Shown: piece after piece, positions 29,529 through 39,001 of the stretch
Layout of the letters: the number at the start of each line of letters is the position of its first letter
How positions within the stretch are numbered: the stretch's first letter is position 1
NCBI GenBank assembly: GCA_965250285.1
Contig: OZ252299.1
Location: 4,020,368-4,084,367, forward strand
Length of the DNA stretch: 64,000 nucleotides
Direction: 5' to 3'
From: Myxococcota bacterium
Lineage (GTDB): Bacteria; Myxococcota_A; UBA9160; UBA4427
Made by a program: the position numbers and the translations under genes
The notes under the pieces: generated by a model
Databases searched by the model: none
The model's input: only the letters and a program-made list of their open reading frames with translations
What the model was told of the DNA's origin: nothing

Positions 29529-31226
29529 ATGAAGCGCATCGAAGTGCCGTTTCTCGTCGTCGGCGGCGGACCCGTCGGCATGCTGGCTGCGATCCACCTC
29601 GCTCGCGACGGACGCGACGTCCTCGTGATCGAGCGGCGAGGCGGCCCGCAGAAGGCACCGGCTGCCCACGTGATCAACGCGCGCACGCTCGAGATCGCGC
29701 GCCAGGCCGGGCTCGACATGCAGGCGATCGACGCCATCGCCACCGACCCGGCCGATGGCAGTCGGGTCTTCTTTCTCACGCGCCTCAACGGCGAGGTCTT
29801 CGGCGAGCTGCCCTTCGAGCAGCAGGGCGAAGACTGCCTTCGACACACGCCGACGCCGCTGCGCAACATCTCGCAGCATCACCTCGAACCGATCCTGGTC
29901 GACGCACTCGAAGCGAGCGACCGCGCCACGCTGCGCTACGGCTGCCAGTGGGAAGACGCCGTGCAGGACGACGAAGGCGTGACGTCGACCGTGCGGGACG
30001 TCGCGACCGGTGAGACGTTCGAGATTCGCAGCCGCTGGGTGCTCGCGGCCGACGGCGCAGGCAGCCGGGTGCGCAAGTGGACGGGCATCGAGATGGAAGG
30101 CCCGCCCAGCCTGCAGACGTTCATGATGATTCACTTCGAGGCGAACCTGCGCGAGGTCGTGAAGGATCACCCGGGCGTGCTCTACTGGGTGCTCGATCCC
30201 GAGTGCGCTGCGACCCTCGTCGCCCACGACATCGAGCGCGAGTGGGTCTGTATGGTCGGGTTCGATCCCGAGAAGGAGAGCGAAGCCGACTTCGACGAGG
30301 CGCGCTGCGAGGCGCTGGTGCAGAAGTCGATCGGCGAGGCCGTACCGCTCGAGATCCTCCACCGGGGCGCGTGGAACATGAGCTGCCAGGTGGCCCAGCG
30401 CATGCGGGATGGCCGCGTCTTTCTCGTCGGCGACGCCGCCCACCGGTTCCCGCCCACGGGCGGGCTCGGTCTCAACTCGGGTGCACAAGAGGCCCAGGGC
30501 CTCACATGGAAGCTCGGCGCCGTCGAAGATGGCTGGGCCGATGCGGCCCTGCTCGATACGTACGAGATCGAGCGGCGCCCGGTCGCCCAGCACAACGCAG
30601 AGCAGAGCCTGAAGAACGCCTCGAAGCTCTTCATGATCCACCAGGCGCTCGGCGTCGATGTCGAGCCGACCACCGCGAAGATGCAGGCGACCCTCGCCGA
30701 CGCGGACGGGCGGCGCCGCGTCGAGGAGGCCACCGCAGCCCAGGCCGAGCACTTCGACATGCTCGGTCTGCAGATCGGCTTCGCCTACGAGGCGGGGGCG
30801 CTCGTGCCCGATGGCAGCGAAGCGCCCGAGGTCGAAAACCCGGTGCGCGAGTACGTCGCGTCGAGTCGTCCGGGCGCGCGGCTGCCGCACGCGTGGATCG
30901 AGCACGGCGGCGAGACCGCCTCGACGCTCGACCTGGTGGCCTCGGGCGGCCTCACCCTGCTCAGCCAGGGCGAGCACGAGGCATGGTCGAGCGCGCTGAA
31001 GCAGGTCGACGGCGTGCCCGTGCGCCACGTGCGATGCGGGGTCGACTTCGACGACCCGAGCGGCCACTGGTCGAGCGTATGCGGCCTCGAATCGAACGGA
31101 GCGCTGCTGGTGCGCCCCGACCAGCACGTCGGCTGGCGCGCAACCCGTCTGACGGCCGATGCGCCCCAGGCCCTCGAGCGGGCGATCGACGCCGTGCGTG
31201 GCGTCGCATCCCCCGGGTCGGAGTGA
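29529..31226 (+). CDS. FAD-dependent monooxygenase (phenol/2,4-dichlorophenol hydroxylase-like)
   Basis: GGGPVG, ADGAGS, GDAAHRFPPTGGLGLN, PGARLPHAW, LVRPDQHV. Confidence 0.92.
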   Translation: MKRIEVPFLVVGGGPVGMLAAIHLARDGRDVLVIERRGGPQKAPAAHVINARTLEIARQAGLDMQAIDAIATDPADGSRVFFLTRLNGEVFGELPFEQQGEDCLRHTPTPLRNISQHHLEPILVDALEASDRATLRYGCQWEDAVQDDEGVTSTVRDVATGETFEIRSRWVLAADGAGSRVRKWTGIEMEGPPSLQTFMMIHFEANLREVVKDHPGVLYWVLDPECAATLVAHDIEREWVCMVGFDPEKESEADFDEARCEALVQKSIGEAVPLEILHRGAWNMSCQVAQRMRDGRVFLVGDAAHRFPPTGGLGLNSGAQEAQGLTWKLGAVEDGWADAALLDTYEIERRPVAQHNAEQSLKNASKLFMIHQALGVDVEPTTAKMQATLADADGRRRVEEATAAQAEHFDMLGLQIGFAYEAGALVPDGSEAPEVENPVREYVASSRPGARLPHAWIEHGGETASTLDLVASGGLTLLSQGEHEAWSSALKQVDGVPVRHVRCGVDFDDPSGHWSSVCGLESNGALLVRPDQHVGWRATRLTADAPQALERAIDAVRGVASPGSE

Positions 31227-31231
31227 ACCCG

Positions 31232-32296
31232 ATGCGAAGCTTCGTACTCGCCCTGGTCGGGGTCGTCGTCGTGGCGGGCGTTGCGCTCGTCGTCGCAACC
31301 GATCGACTCGCGCAGCCGAAGTTCGACGACCGGCTCGAGCACGATCCGATCGCCGAGATCGAGATCGCTCCGCTCGGCGAGGCGCTCACGTTCGCGCGAC
31401 GCATCGCACCCGAGCCTGCGGTGCTCATCGTGACCGAGGCCGGGCCCGACGGCCTGCGCGCCGTCGATCTCGGGGCCGCGCTCGACCGCGAGTTCGACGA
31501 CGCCATCGAGGCCATCGGCACCGTCGGAACCGAAGCGATCGCGCGCGTGGCTCGCGAGGGCGAGGCGATCACGGTCGAGTACGCGAGCCTGGGCCTGCCC
31601 TTCGAAGCGGGCGCCCGGCACGTCGCGGCGGGCACCAACTACCGCGCGCACGCCGAAGAAGTCGGCGTCGACGACGGCCCCTTCCTGTTCCCGAAGCTCA
31701 CGGCGCCCACGTCGTGGAATGCGGACGTCCCCGACCGAGACCGCCTCGATCACGAGATCGAGATCTGCACGGTCACGCTCGAGCGGGGCGATGACGCGTC
31801 GCCCGCGCCGGTCGGGTTCTCTCTGTGCAACGACTTCACCGATCGCTGGACACTGCTTCGACAGATCGACTTCGACCAGCCGATGGGCGTGACGGGGTTT
31901 CCCGACGCCAAGGGCGGCCCGGGCATGCTGCCGATCGGTCCGCTCCTCGTCGTGCCGCACGACCAAGAACGCTTCCACGACGACCTCGAGCTGTCGCTCT
32001 ACGTGAACGGCGCGCTCCGGCAACAGGCCCGGGGCGGCTGGATGGTCTGGTCTCCCGACGAGATCACGAGGCAGGCCAACGCGCACTGCGACGTCGACTA
32101 TCAGGCCGAGGTGGGTGCGGTGCGCCTTCCGACGTGTGACGGAATGCCCGCGCGCACGATCGTCCTCACCGGCACGCCGGCCGGCGTGATGTTTCACCCG
32201 GCGACGGTGTGGAGCAAGGCCGCCTATCTGCAGCCGGGCGACGAGGTGATCGCCGTGGCCACGCATCTCGGCGTGCTGCGCAACGTCGTACGCTGA
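31232..32296 (+). CDS. Fumarylacetoacetate hydrolase family protein with N-terminal hydrophobic anchor
   Basis: GTNYRAH..E, PFLFPK, LDHEIE, NDFTDR, LTGTPAGV, LQPGD. Confidence 0.85.
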   Translation: MRSFVLALVGVVVVAGVALVVATDRLAQPKFDDRLEHDPIAEIEIAPLGEALTFARRIAPEPAVLIVTEAGPDGLRAVDLGAALDREFDDAIEAIGTVGTEAIARVAREGEAITVEYASLGLPFEAGARHVAAGTNYRAHAEEVGVDDGPFLFPKLTAPTSWNADVPDRDRLDHEIEICTVTLERGDDASPAPVGFSLCNDFTDRWTLLRQIDFDQPMGVTGFPDAKGGPGMLPIGPLLVVPHDQERFHDDLELSLYVNGALRQQARGGWMVWSPDEITRQANAHCDVDYQAEVGAVRLPTCDGMPARTIVLTGTPAGVMFHPATVWSKAAYLQPGDEVIAVATHLGVLRNVVR

Positions 32297-32345
32297 CCGG
32301 ACCCCGCACGAAAGTCCCGCACGCAGCCGTGCGGCGCCGCACCGC

Positions 32346-32816
32346 CTAGTGCACGTGCCCGAACCGGCCGTGCATCGAGCCACCGAGCAACGAGCGAAAG
32401 GCTTCGCCGCTCACGTGGACGAGCCCTTCGTGGTCGCCCGCCTCGAAGTACACGTCGGGCAGCCGGAGCAGGCTGTCATCGACCGCGAGCGGGATCGCGT
32501 GGGTCGCACCGACCGGCGGCACCGCGCCGCGCTCGCAATCCTGATAGATGTCTTCGAGCTCGGCCTCGCTCGCCAGCTCGAAGTGACGGCCGAGCGCGGC
32601 GTCGAGCGCATCGATCGACAGCCGGCACGAGGCGGGCAGGATCGCGAGCACGTAGCCCCGCTCGTCCTCCAAGAGCACGCACTTGGCCACGCGGCCGCTC
32701 GGCACGTGCGCCGCCTGGGCGCTCGCCCGGCTGGTCCACGTATGGCTGTGGTGGATGATCTCGTAGTCGACGTCGTGCGAGTCGAGCACCCACTTGAGGC
32801 GTCGGGCGATGGTCAT
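32346..32816 (-). CDS. YbaK/EbsC aminoacyl-tRNA deacylase family protein
   Basis: VAKCVLL, LASEAE, DCERGAVPP, VYFEAGDH. Confidence 0.88.
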   Translation of the reverse strand: MTIARRLKWVLDSHDVDYEIIHHSHTWTSRASAQAAHVPSGRVAKCVLLEDERGYVLAILPASCRLSIDALDAALGRHFELASEAELEDIYQDCERGAVPPVGATHAIPLAVDDSLLRLPDVYFEAGDHEGLVHVSGEAFRSLLGGSMHGRFGHVH

Positions 32817-33045
32817 CGGGTGTCCTCCCTGTGGCCCGGTTCGATCGGCGGACCGAGACGGCTTGCAGGGCGGAGCGGTTGCGGATGACACCAGGCGCAG
32901 CGACGGCGGGGGCCACGGTCGACCGGGCTCTCGACCCGATTCTGCACCGGGGCCGCCGCGTTGGAAAGGCGAATCGCCCGCGATTCGGCGCGGGGACCAG
33001 AGCGAGCACGCCCGCGGGCATCCTCTTCAGTACCGACCGAGGGGC

Positions 33046-33804
33046 CTACTGATAGCGGGCGAGGGTCGCGTAGAGGCGTCGCCGGCCCGACGCCCGGTGT
33101 CGCACCTCGGTGTCGAGGTGTTCGATCACCTCTCGAAAGACAGCGTGCGCATCGGTCTCGACGAGCGTCCCGTGCGCCATCAGGATCCGCTCGAAGGGCC
33201 AGGCCGCGATCTCGTCGAGTCGAGCACGCGCCGCGTCGGGGTCGTCGGTGTAGAGCCTGAACTCGGGGGACGGCAACGCCCGCCCGAGCACCCCGCCGAG
33301 CCGGGCGAGCGTGCGCGCCACCTGCCCGGGCACCGTCTCGGCCGCGATCGTCTCGACGAGATCGGCCACGATCAGCGTGCGCGATGCGCGGTGAAGGCAG
33401 ACGACCTCAGAGAAGAAGCAGTTGCCTACGGTCGCTCGCTGATCGATCGCATCGGCCCAAGCCGGCTCGGGCGCATTGCCCAGAACGCCGGTGAACGACA
33501 GATCGGAGCGCCGCTCGGGCAGCCCCGGGGACGCCCATATCTCGGCCTTTGGATACCGCGCGCGAAAGCTCGAGAGGCCCTGGTTGTGGATCTTATTCGG
33601 TGAGAGCACCCAGGTCACGTCCCCCAGCGCGTCGAGCGCGCGGGCAAGCGGCTCGCTCATCGGCAGCGGCGAATAGACCCAGAGCCTTCGACCGGCGAGT
33701 CGCGCCACGACCATCCGGGTCTGCAGTCGGGCGCCGTAGAAGCGCACCTCGTCTTCGACGTAGAAGAGATCCTCGTGGAGCGCCTTCCACCCCGGCTCCG
33801 TCAC
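33046..33804 (-). CDS. DUF4336 family protein
   Basis: TRMVVARL, LWVYSP, SPNKIH, HRASRTLIVADL, ILMAHG. Confidence 0.85.
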   Translation of the reverse strand: MTEPGWKALHEDLFYVEDEVRFYGARLQTRMVVARLAGRRLWVYSPLPMSEPLARALDALGDVTWVLSPNKIHNQGLSSFRARYPKAEIWASPGLPERRSDLSFTGVLGNAPEPAWADAIDQRATVGNCFFSEVVCLHRASRTLIVADLVETIAAETVPGQVARTLARLGGVLGRALPSPEFRLYTDDPDAARARLDEIAAWPFERILMAHGTLVETDAHAVFREVIEHLDTEVRHRASGRRRLYATLARYQ

Positions 33805-33824
33805 GACGCCTCCTCGAAGCTCGG

Positions 33825-36425
33825 TCAGCGACGCTCGTCGATCGCGCGCCGCAGCGTCGACACCAGGTCGCTCGAGCTGAACGGCTTCTGGATGAACGCG
33901 TCGGGCTGCTCGGCTCCGAGTTGGGCACTCGCCTCTTCGGCCGAGTAGCCGCTCGACAGGATGATCGGCACGACGGCGCCCGCCTCGCGAAGCGCTCGCA
34001 GTGTCTCGCGCCCACCCTGCTCGGGCATCGTCATGTCGAGGATCACGGCAACGAAGTCGCCCTGCCGTTCGGCCCAACGCTCGAGCGCCTCGCGCCCATG
34101 CGCGGCCGGGACGACCGCGTAGCCGGCACGCTCGAGCGTGCGCGTCAGGACGCGGAGAACGGGCGGTTCGTCGTCGGCGATCAGCACGGTGCCCGTCCCG
34201 AGCACGGAGGCGTCGCCTTCGATTGCGCTCGCCAGCGCGCTCGGTCGAGCCAGTGCCTGGGGCGCCGGCGGGAGCACGAAGCGAATCGTCGTGCCCCGCC
34301 CCGGGGCCGAATCGACGTCGATCGCGCCCTGGTGGGCGCGCGCGATGCCGAGCACCGCCGAAAGCCCGAGGCCGCGGCCGGTGAACTTCGTCGTGAAGAA
34401 CGGGTCGAAGATGCGCCCCGCGGTCTCGACATCCATCCCCGCGCCGGTGTCGGAGACCTCGAGGCAGACGTAGCGCCCCGGCTCGATGGTGTCGCCGAGC
34501 TGGTAGCGGCCGAGCACGTCGCGACCGATCTCGAGCTCGCGGGTCGCGACGCGGATCGTGCCGCCCTCCCCCTTCAGCGCGTCGGATGCGTTCGTGATCA
34601 GGTTCATGATGACCTGTCGAATCTGCGCCGAGTCGCCCTCGACGAGCGGGACGGGCTGCAGGTCGAGCTCGATGCTCGCCTTCTTCGAGATGACGGCGTG
34701 CAGCAGCTGTCTCGTTTCGTCGGCCAGGTGCGCGAGGTCGATCGGCGAGAGTACGAACCGGCTGCGGCCCGAGTAGGCGAGCATCTGATTGGTCAGCTCG
34801 GCCGCGCGACGCGAAGACTCGAGGATGTCCGAGACGAGGCCGTGGAGCGACGAATCGGACGGCACGCTGGCGAGCGCCAGGTCGGCGTTGCCGAGGATCC
34901 CGACCAGCAGATTGTTGAAGTCGTGCGCGATGCCGCCGGCGAGGATGCCCAGGCTCTCCATCTTCTGTGCCTGCAGCATCTGGCGCTCGAGCTGATGTCG
35001 CTCGCGCTCGGCGACCCGCTCGGCGGTCACGTCGAAGAAGCTGAAGACGCGCCCGACGACGGCGTCGTCGAGGACGAGGGGCCGGGAGGCGCGCTCGATG
35101 ACGCGGCCGTCGTGCAGCAGCATCTCGCGTCGACTCGAATCGCTCGACGCCTCACCGAGCGACGTCAACTCGGCGCGGAACGCGTCTGCATCCGAAGTCT
35201 GTTCGAGCACGGGCTCGAGACCCTCGCCTTCGGTCGTCGACCAGAGGTCGAGGAACGCCCGGTTCGAGTAGATCGTCTCGCCCTTCGAGTCGACGACGAG
35301 CATGCCCTGCTCGGCCGAGCCGAGGATGGCTTCGAGCACCGTCGCCTGCTCGCGCACCTGCTCGCGCGCCTGGAACAGCGCCGATACGTCGCGCAGTCGC
35401 AGGCCCGTCCCGAGCCAACGGCCGCTGCGATCGGGGATCGGGATCACGTGCAACTCGACCCGTCGAGCGGGGTCGGCCGTGAGTCGATAGAGCGTGCCGC
35501 TCGCAGATCGTGCGCGACCGCCGATCTCGCGTTCGAGATCGCGCGCCGAGACACGATCGCCGCCGGGCTCGGCTCGCAGGTGCTGGGCCAGCAGCTCGAA
35601 CACCTCGAGGTTCGGCGCGAGCACGCTCCCGTCAAAGAGCCGTTCGGCGGCCGGGTTCGAGTGGAGCAGCCGGTTCGCGCGATCCATGACCAGCATGCCG
35701 TCCTGCTCGTGCTCGATCAGGTGATGCATCGAGATCGAGCTCAATGCGAACAGCCGGTCGCGATAGATCCCGGTGAAGAAGAGCGCCATAGAAACGCCCA
35801 GGCCGGCCGACGTGAGGTCGCCGACGCCGTCACCGAGCAGCCCCGAGATCCACGAGAAGTTGAAGAGCACGGGCGTGATCGACGCGACCGTCATGATCGC
35901 GAGCTGCTCGCGCACGAGCCGGTCGGTCGACCGCGCGCGCAGCCACAGGAAGAGGCCACAGAGCGCAACGAGCAAGACATAGTTGACGACCGTCTGGGCG
36001 TACCAGATCGCGTGGAAGTCGTTGCGCGCATCGAGATGCGGGGTGATGAAGGCGCCGTGCCAGCCATGGGTCAGCATGGCGATCCAGAACGCACCCGACA
36101 GCGCCAGCGGCCCCCACTGCAGCACGGCCCACTTCGGCGGCAGCCGCACGCCGTGCATCTCGGCGAATCGCAGCCCGAAGAACCACCACGTCGCCGGGAG
36201 CCAGAGCAAGCCCGTGTAGTGCACGGCGAGCCAGCGCGAGTACGCGAGCTCGCTGTCGGCGACGTAGTTGGCCACCACGGCACCGAGCGTGAGCACGAAG
36301 CCGAGGGCGCCGACGAAGAAGAGGCTCGGCCAGAGCGGCGCCGGCGGTCGGCGGACGAGCACCATCGCCGCGAGCGCGGCGGTGAGGAGCACGGAGAGCC
36401 AGCTGACGAGCTCGGAGAGGATCAA
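33825..36425 (-). CDS. Hybrid sensor kinase (7TM-PAS-HisKA-HATPase-REC)
   Basis: Multi-TM N-terminus, LAGGIAHDFNNLL, NLITNASDA, DTGAGM, FDPFFTTK, GLGL, receiver DMTMP. Confidence 0.95.
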   Translation of the reverse strand: MILSELVSWLSVLLTAALAAMVLVRRPPAPLWPSLFFVGALGFVLTLGAVVANYVADSELAYSRWLAVHYTGLLWLPATWWFFGLRFAEMHGVRLPPKWAVLQWGPLALSGAFWIAMLTHGWHGAFITPHLDARNDFHAIWYAQTVVNYVLLVALCGLFLWLRARSTDRLVREQLAIMTVASITPVLFNFSWISGLLGDGVGDLTSAGLGVSMALFFTGIYRDRLFALSSISMHHLIEHEQDGMLVMDRANRLLHSNPAAERLFDGSVLAPNLEVFELLAQHLRAEPGGDRVSARDLEREIGGRARSASGTLYRLTADPARRVELHVIPIPDRSGRWLGTGLRLRDVSALFQAREQVREQATVLEAILGSAEQGMLVVDSKGETIYSNRAFLDLWSTTEGEGLEPVLEQTSDADAFRAELTSLGEASSDSSRREMLLHDGRVIERASRPLVLDDAVVGRVFSFFDVTAERVAERERHQLERQMLQAQKMESLGILAGGIAHDFNNLLVGILGNADLALASVPSDSSLHGLVSDILESSRRAAELTNQMLAYSGRSRFVLSPIDLAHLADETRQLLHAVISKKASIELDLQPVPLVEGDSAQIRQVIMNLITNASDALKGEGGTIRVATRELEIGRDVLGRYQLGDTIEPGRYVCLEVSDTGAGMDVETAGRIFDPFFTTKFTGRGLGLSAVLGIARAHQGAIDVDSAPGRGTTIRFVLPPAPQALARPSALASAIEGDASVLGTGTVLIADDEPPVLRVLTRTLERAGYAVVPAAHGREALERWAERQGDFVAVILDMTMPEQGGRETLRALREAGAVVPIILSSGYSAEEASAQLGAEQPDAFIQKPFSSSDLVSTLRRAIDERR

Positions 36426-36689
36426 GATCGCGCCATCGCTTCGGATCGAACCCGGGGGACCGGTGCTTCGAGGCGCGGGCCGCGTTGCGGGACGGCCGCC
36501 GCCCGCGTTCCGGGACCACCCCGGTCCGAGTGATATAGCACCCGGCGGGTCTTCTCTGGGCCCTCGTCTGCCCGCAGCGGCCTGTGTGCGCCCTCACCCC
36601 GTCGCTGCGCGGCTCGGGTCGGCGCTCAATGAAGCGACCGCGACCGCCGATGGATAGGAGCAGGATCTCGTACGGATCGAGGAGTCGAC

Positions 36690-37118
36690 ATGCCCCGCTT
36701 CATCCACGCCGCGACGTTCTCGGTCGTCGCCATCCTCGCCGCCTGCCTGTTCGGGCTCGTCGCCGCTTCGTCGGTGCTCGCCGACCCCGGGCCGGCGTCG
36801 ATCGCGAAGCCGTCGGCGCTGACCCCGCCCGCTGCCGACGCACCCCAGCTCGAGCACGCCGAGTACTGGCGCGCCCGCGCGGCCGCCGAGTGGGCCAAGG
36901 TCGAGGATGCGCGCGCGCGTCTCGATCGCGCCAACGGCGCCGTGAACCGCATGCGCCGCCGCAATCATCCGCGCGGCGACGCGCGCGCCGCGCTGCAACA
37001 AGAGCAGCGCGACGCCCAGGCCGATTGGGAAGCGGCGGTCGAGGCGGCCGAGGTCGACCTCGCGGCCGAAGCGGCCGCGGCCGGCGCCGATCCGCGCTGG
37101 ATCCGCAAGCCTTCCTGA
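36690..37118 (+). CDS. Secreted helical hypothetical protein
   Basis: GAGGAG RBS, signal peptide, coiled coil. Confidence 0.7.
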   Translation: MPRFIHAATFSVVAILAACLFGLVAASSVLADPGPASIAKPSALTPPAADAPQLEHAEYWRARAAAEWAKVEDARARLDRANGAVNRMRRRNHPRGDARAALQQEQRDAQADWEAAVEAAEVDLAAEAAAAGADPRWIRKPS

Positions 37119-37163
37119 TCTCGAAGCAGGACCGACCGGCCCGGTTCCCGAGCTCGAAACGCG

Positions 37164-37199
37164 AAACGGCGGCGGGGCCCAGGGCCTCCGCCGCCGTTT
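37164..37199. terminator. Bidirectional terminator-like hairpin
   Basis: AAACGGCGGCGG...CCGCCGCCGTTT between convergent genes. Confidence 0.7.
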
Positions 37200-37229
37200 G
37201 CATTCGTTTCGTCGTGTGCGACGCGCCGG

Positions 37230-37742
37230 CTAGAGGTCCTCGCCCTGGTTGTTCAGGCGCTCGATCTCGGCCAGCTCCTCTTCGGTGATCGGCAGATAGA
37301 TCGTCGTCACCTTGTGCGGCGCCTTCTTGTCGCTGCCGGGCGGCTGGCGGAGCAGCACGACGACGGTCTCGCCCGAGTCGATGAGCTTCTGCAGCTCCTG
37401 CGGCACCCAGGTCTTGTCATCGATGTCGTTCAGCATCTTGCCGCTGAAGTTCGCGCGCACCTGCGTGATGCTCATTCGGCCACCGCTCACGTTGACCGGG
37501 AAGTCGCCCTGCGCGAGCACCCTCGACTTGCACTTGGCGGGGATCTTCGACGCGGACGGGGCACCATCGGTCTTCGGGAAGAACTTGGACTGGCTGCCCT
37601 TCATCTTCTCGAGCGTGACCGACTTGTTCGCATCGTCGTAGCCGGTGATCTTCGCGAAGGCGGAGCAGCTCTTGCCCGCGTGGGCACTGCCCGCCGCAAA
37701 GAGAACGCCTGCCGCGGCGAGAACCATGATGAGAGATCGCAT
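37230..37742 (-). CDS. Secreted hypothetical protein
   Basis: AGGAGG RBS, signal peptide (AHA), two Cys, strongly GC3-biased codons. Confidence 0.8.
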   Translation of the reverse strand: MRSLIMVLAAAGVLFAAGSAHAGKSCSAFAKITGYDDANKSVTLEKMKGSQSKFFPKTDGAPSASKIPAKCKSRVLAQGDFPVNVSGGRMSITQVRANFSGKMLNDIDDKTWVPQELQKLIDSGETVVVLLRQPPGSDKKAPHKVTTIYLPITEEELAEIERLNNQGEDL

Positions 37743-38010
37743 GTTTTCCTCCTGGATCGCGGGGCCTGGAATCTAGCCGGGGGTTGGGCGCCTGCACCCC
37801 AAAAAAGAGGGGCCCCGGCCCGAGCGGCCCGCCCCCCTGGCGGGTGCCCGAAAAACGACCGGATTCCGGGCACATGGCCCTCTCCGATCTCGTCTCTCGA
37901 CCCCTGCCGCCGCGCGCCGGTTCGGCGACAGCGCGAATTCCGGCAGCATCGCCACGATTCGCGGCACCCGCGCGCGGGATGCCCCGCGCCGCTCCCTCAC
38001 CGGGCGGCGG

Positions 38011-38877
38011 TCACGCTCGCAGCAGCCGCTTCGGATCTCGGCCGTCGACGAAGCCGATGAACGGGAACTGCATGCTGTAGCCGAGGAGCGATTGGATCGT
38101 GTCACTGCACTGCCGTGCGCGGTCACGCGAGATCGCGAGGCTGTAGTTCTCCTGCTGCCGCGCCCACGGTTCACAGTACTGGGTGGTGGCGGCCAGGCGG
38201 GGGGCATCGGTGCGATTCGCACCCGCGCAGTGCCAGAGCGTGCCGACGAAGAACACGGCGGAGCCGGCGGGCATGACGGCGGGGACCATCTGGTCGACGT
38301 CGATGTCCGCCGACGCGACGTCGCCCCAGCGATGACTGCCCGGATACACGAGCGTCGCGCCGTTGTCGGCGGTGAAGTCGTCGAGCGCCCAGATCAACGC
38401 CGCACCCACCGGAGGGCGGGGCCTCGGGATCGGATAGAAGCCATCGTCGTGATGCAGCGGCTGCCGCACCTCGCCCGGCCCGACGTCGATGACCTGGAGC
38501 TGCGAGAGCAGATAGCTCGGCATCAAGATCTGGTCGAGCAGGGCGAGCACGAGCGGATGCTCGACGATCGGATTGCACGAGAGCGTCTTCTCGATCACCG
38601 AGTAGATGCGACGCGTCTTGAAGCCTTCGAATTCGTTGCGGCCGTCGAAGTCGAGAAAGGGGCGCGACTCGGTGCGAATGCGGTCGATCGCCTCGGCATC
38701 GATCAGGTCGCGGATGATGACGAAGCCGTGCTCGTCCACCTCGTCGAGCAACGACCGAACGCGATCGGCGTCGACGCCGTGCCGCTCGGCCGAAGCCGCC
38801 AGCGCCGCCTGCTGCTCGGCCACGATCTCGGGCCGGATCGACCCGTCCGCATTGATGTAGGCCCGTTTCCCGATCAT
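38011..38877 (-). CDS. Phytanoyl-CoA dioxygenase (PhyH) family 2OG-Fe(II) oxygenase
   Basis: QPLHHDD, DDFTADNGAT..PGSH, LWHCAGAN..R. Confidence 0.92.
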   Translation of the reverse strand: MIGKRAYINADGSIRPEIVAEQQAALAASAERHGVDADRVRSLLDEVDEHGFVIIRDLIDAEAIDRIRTESRPFLDFDGRNEFEGFKTRRIYSVIEKTLSCNPIVEHPLVLALLDQILMPSYLLSQLQVIDVGPGEVRQPLHHDDGFYPIPRPRPPVGAALIWALDDFTADNGATLVYPGSHRWGDVASADIDVDQMVPAVMPAGSAVFFVGTLWHCAGANRTDAPRLAATTQYCEPWARQQENYSLAISRDRARQCSDTIQSLLGYSMQFPFIGFVDGRDPKRLLRA

Positions 38878-39001
38878 GGCCCTTCGCCTTCTCGTTCGGG
38901 CACCGCTTCGCCCGGTCCCCACACCATCGCACCGCCGTCGCGCGGCGCCAGCGGCATTCGGCGAGGCTGCGCCACCCGGCGAAGCGCGCGGGGTGCTTTC
39001 C

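Noticed and set aside
33549-36533. 994-aa plus-strand ORF and the many other long antisense or alternate-frame ORFs (e.g. 11198-13414, 42010-44319)
   Set aside because: Shadow ORFs of high-GC genes: Arg/Ala/Pro-rich, no motifs, overlapping well-supported CDSs.
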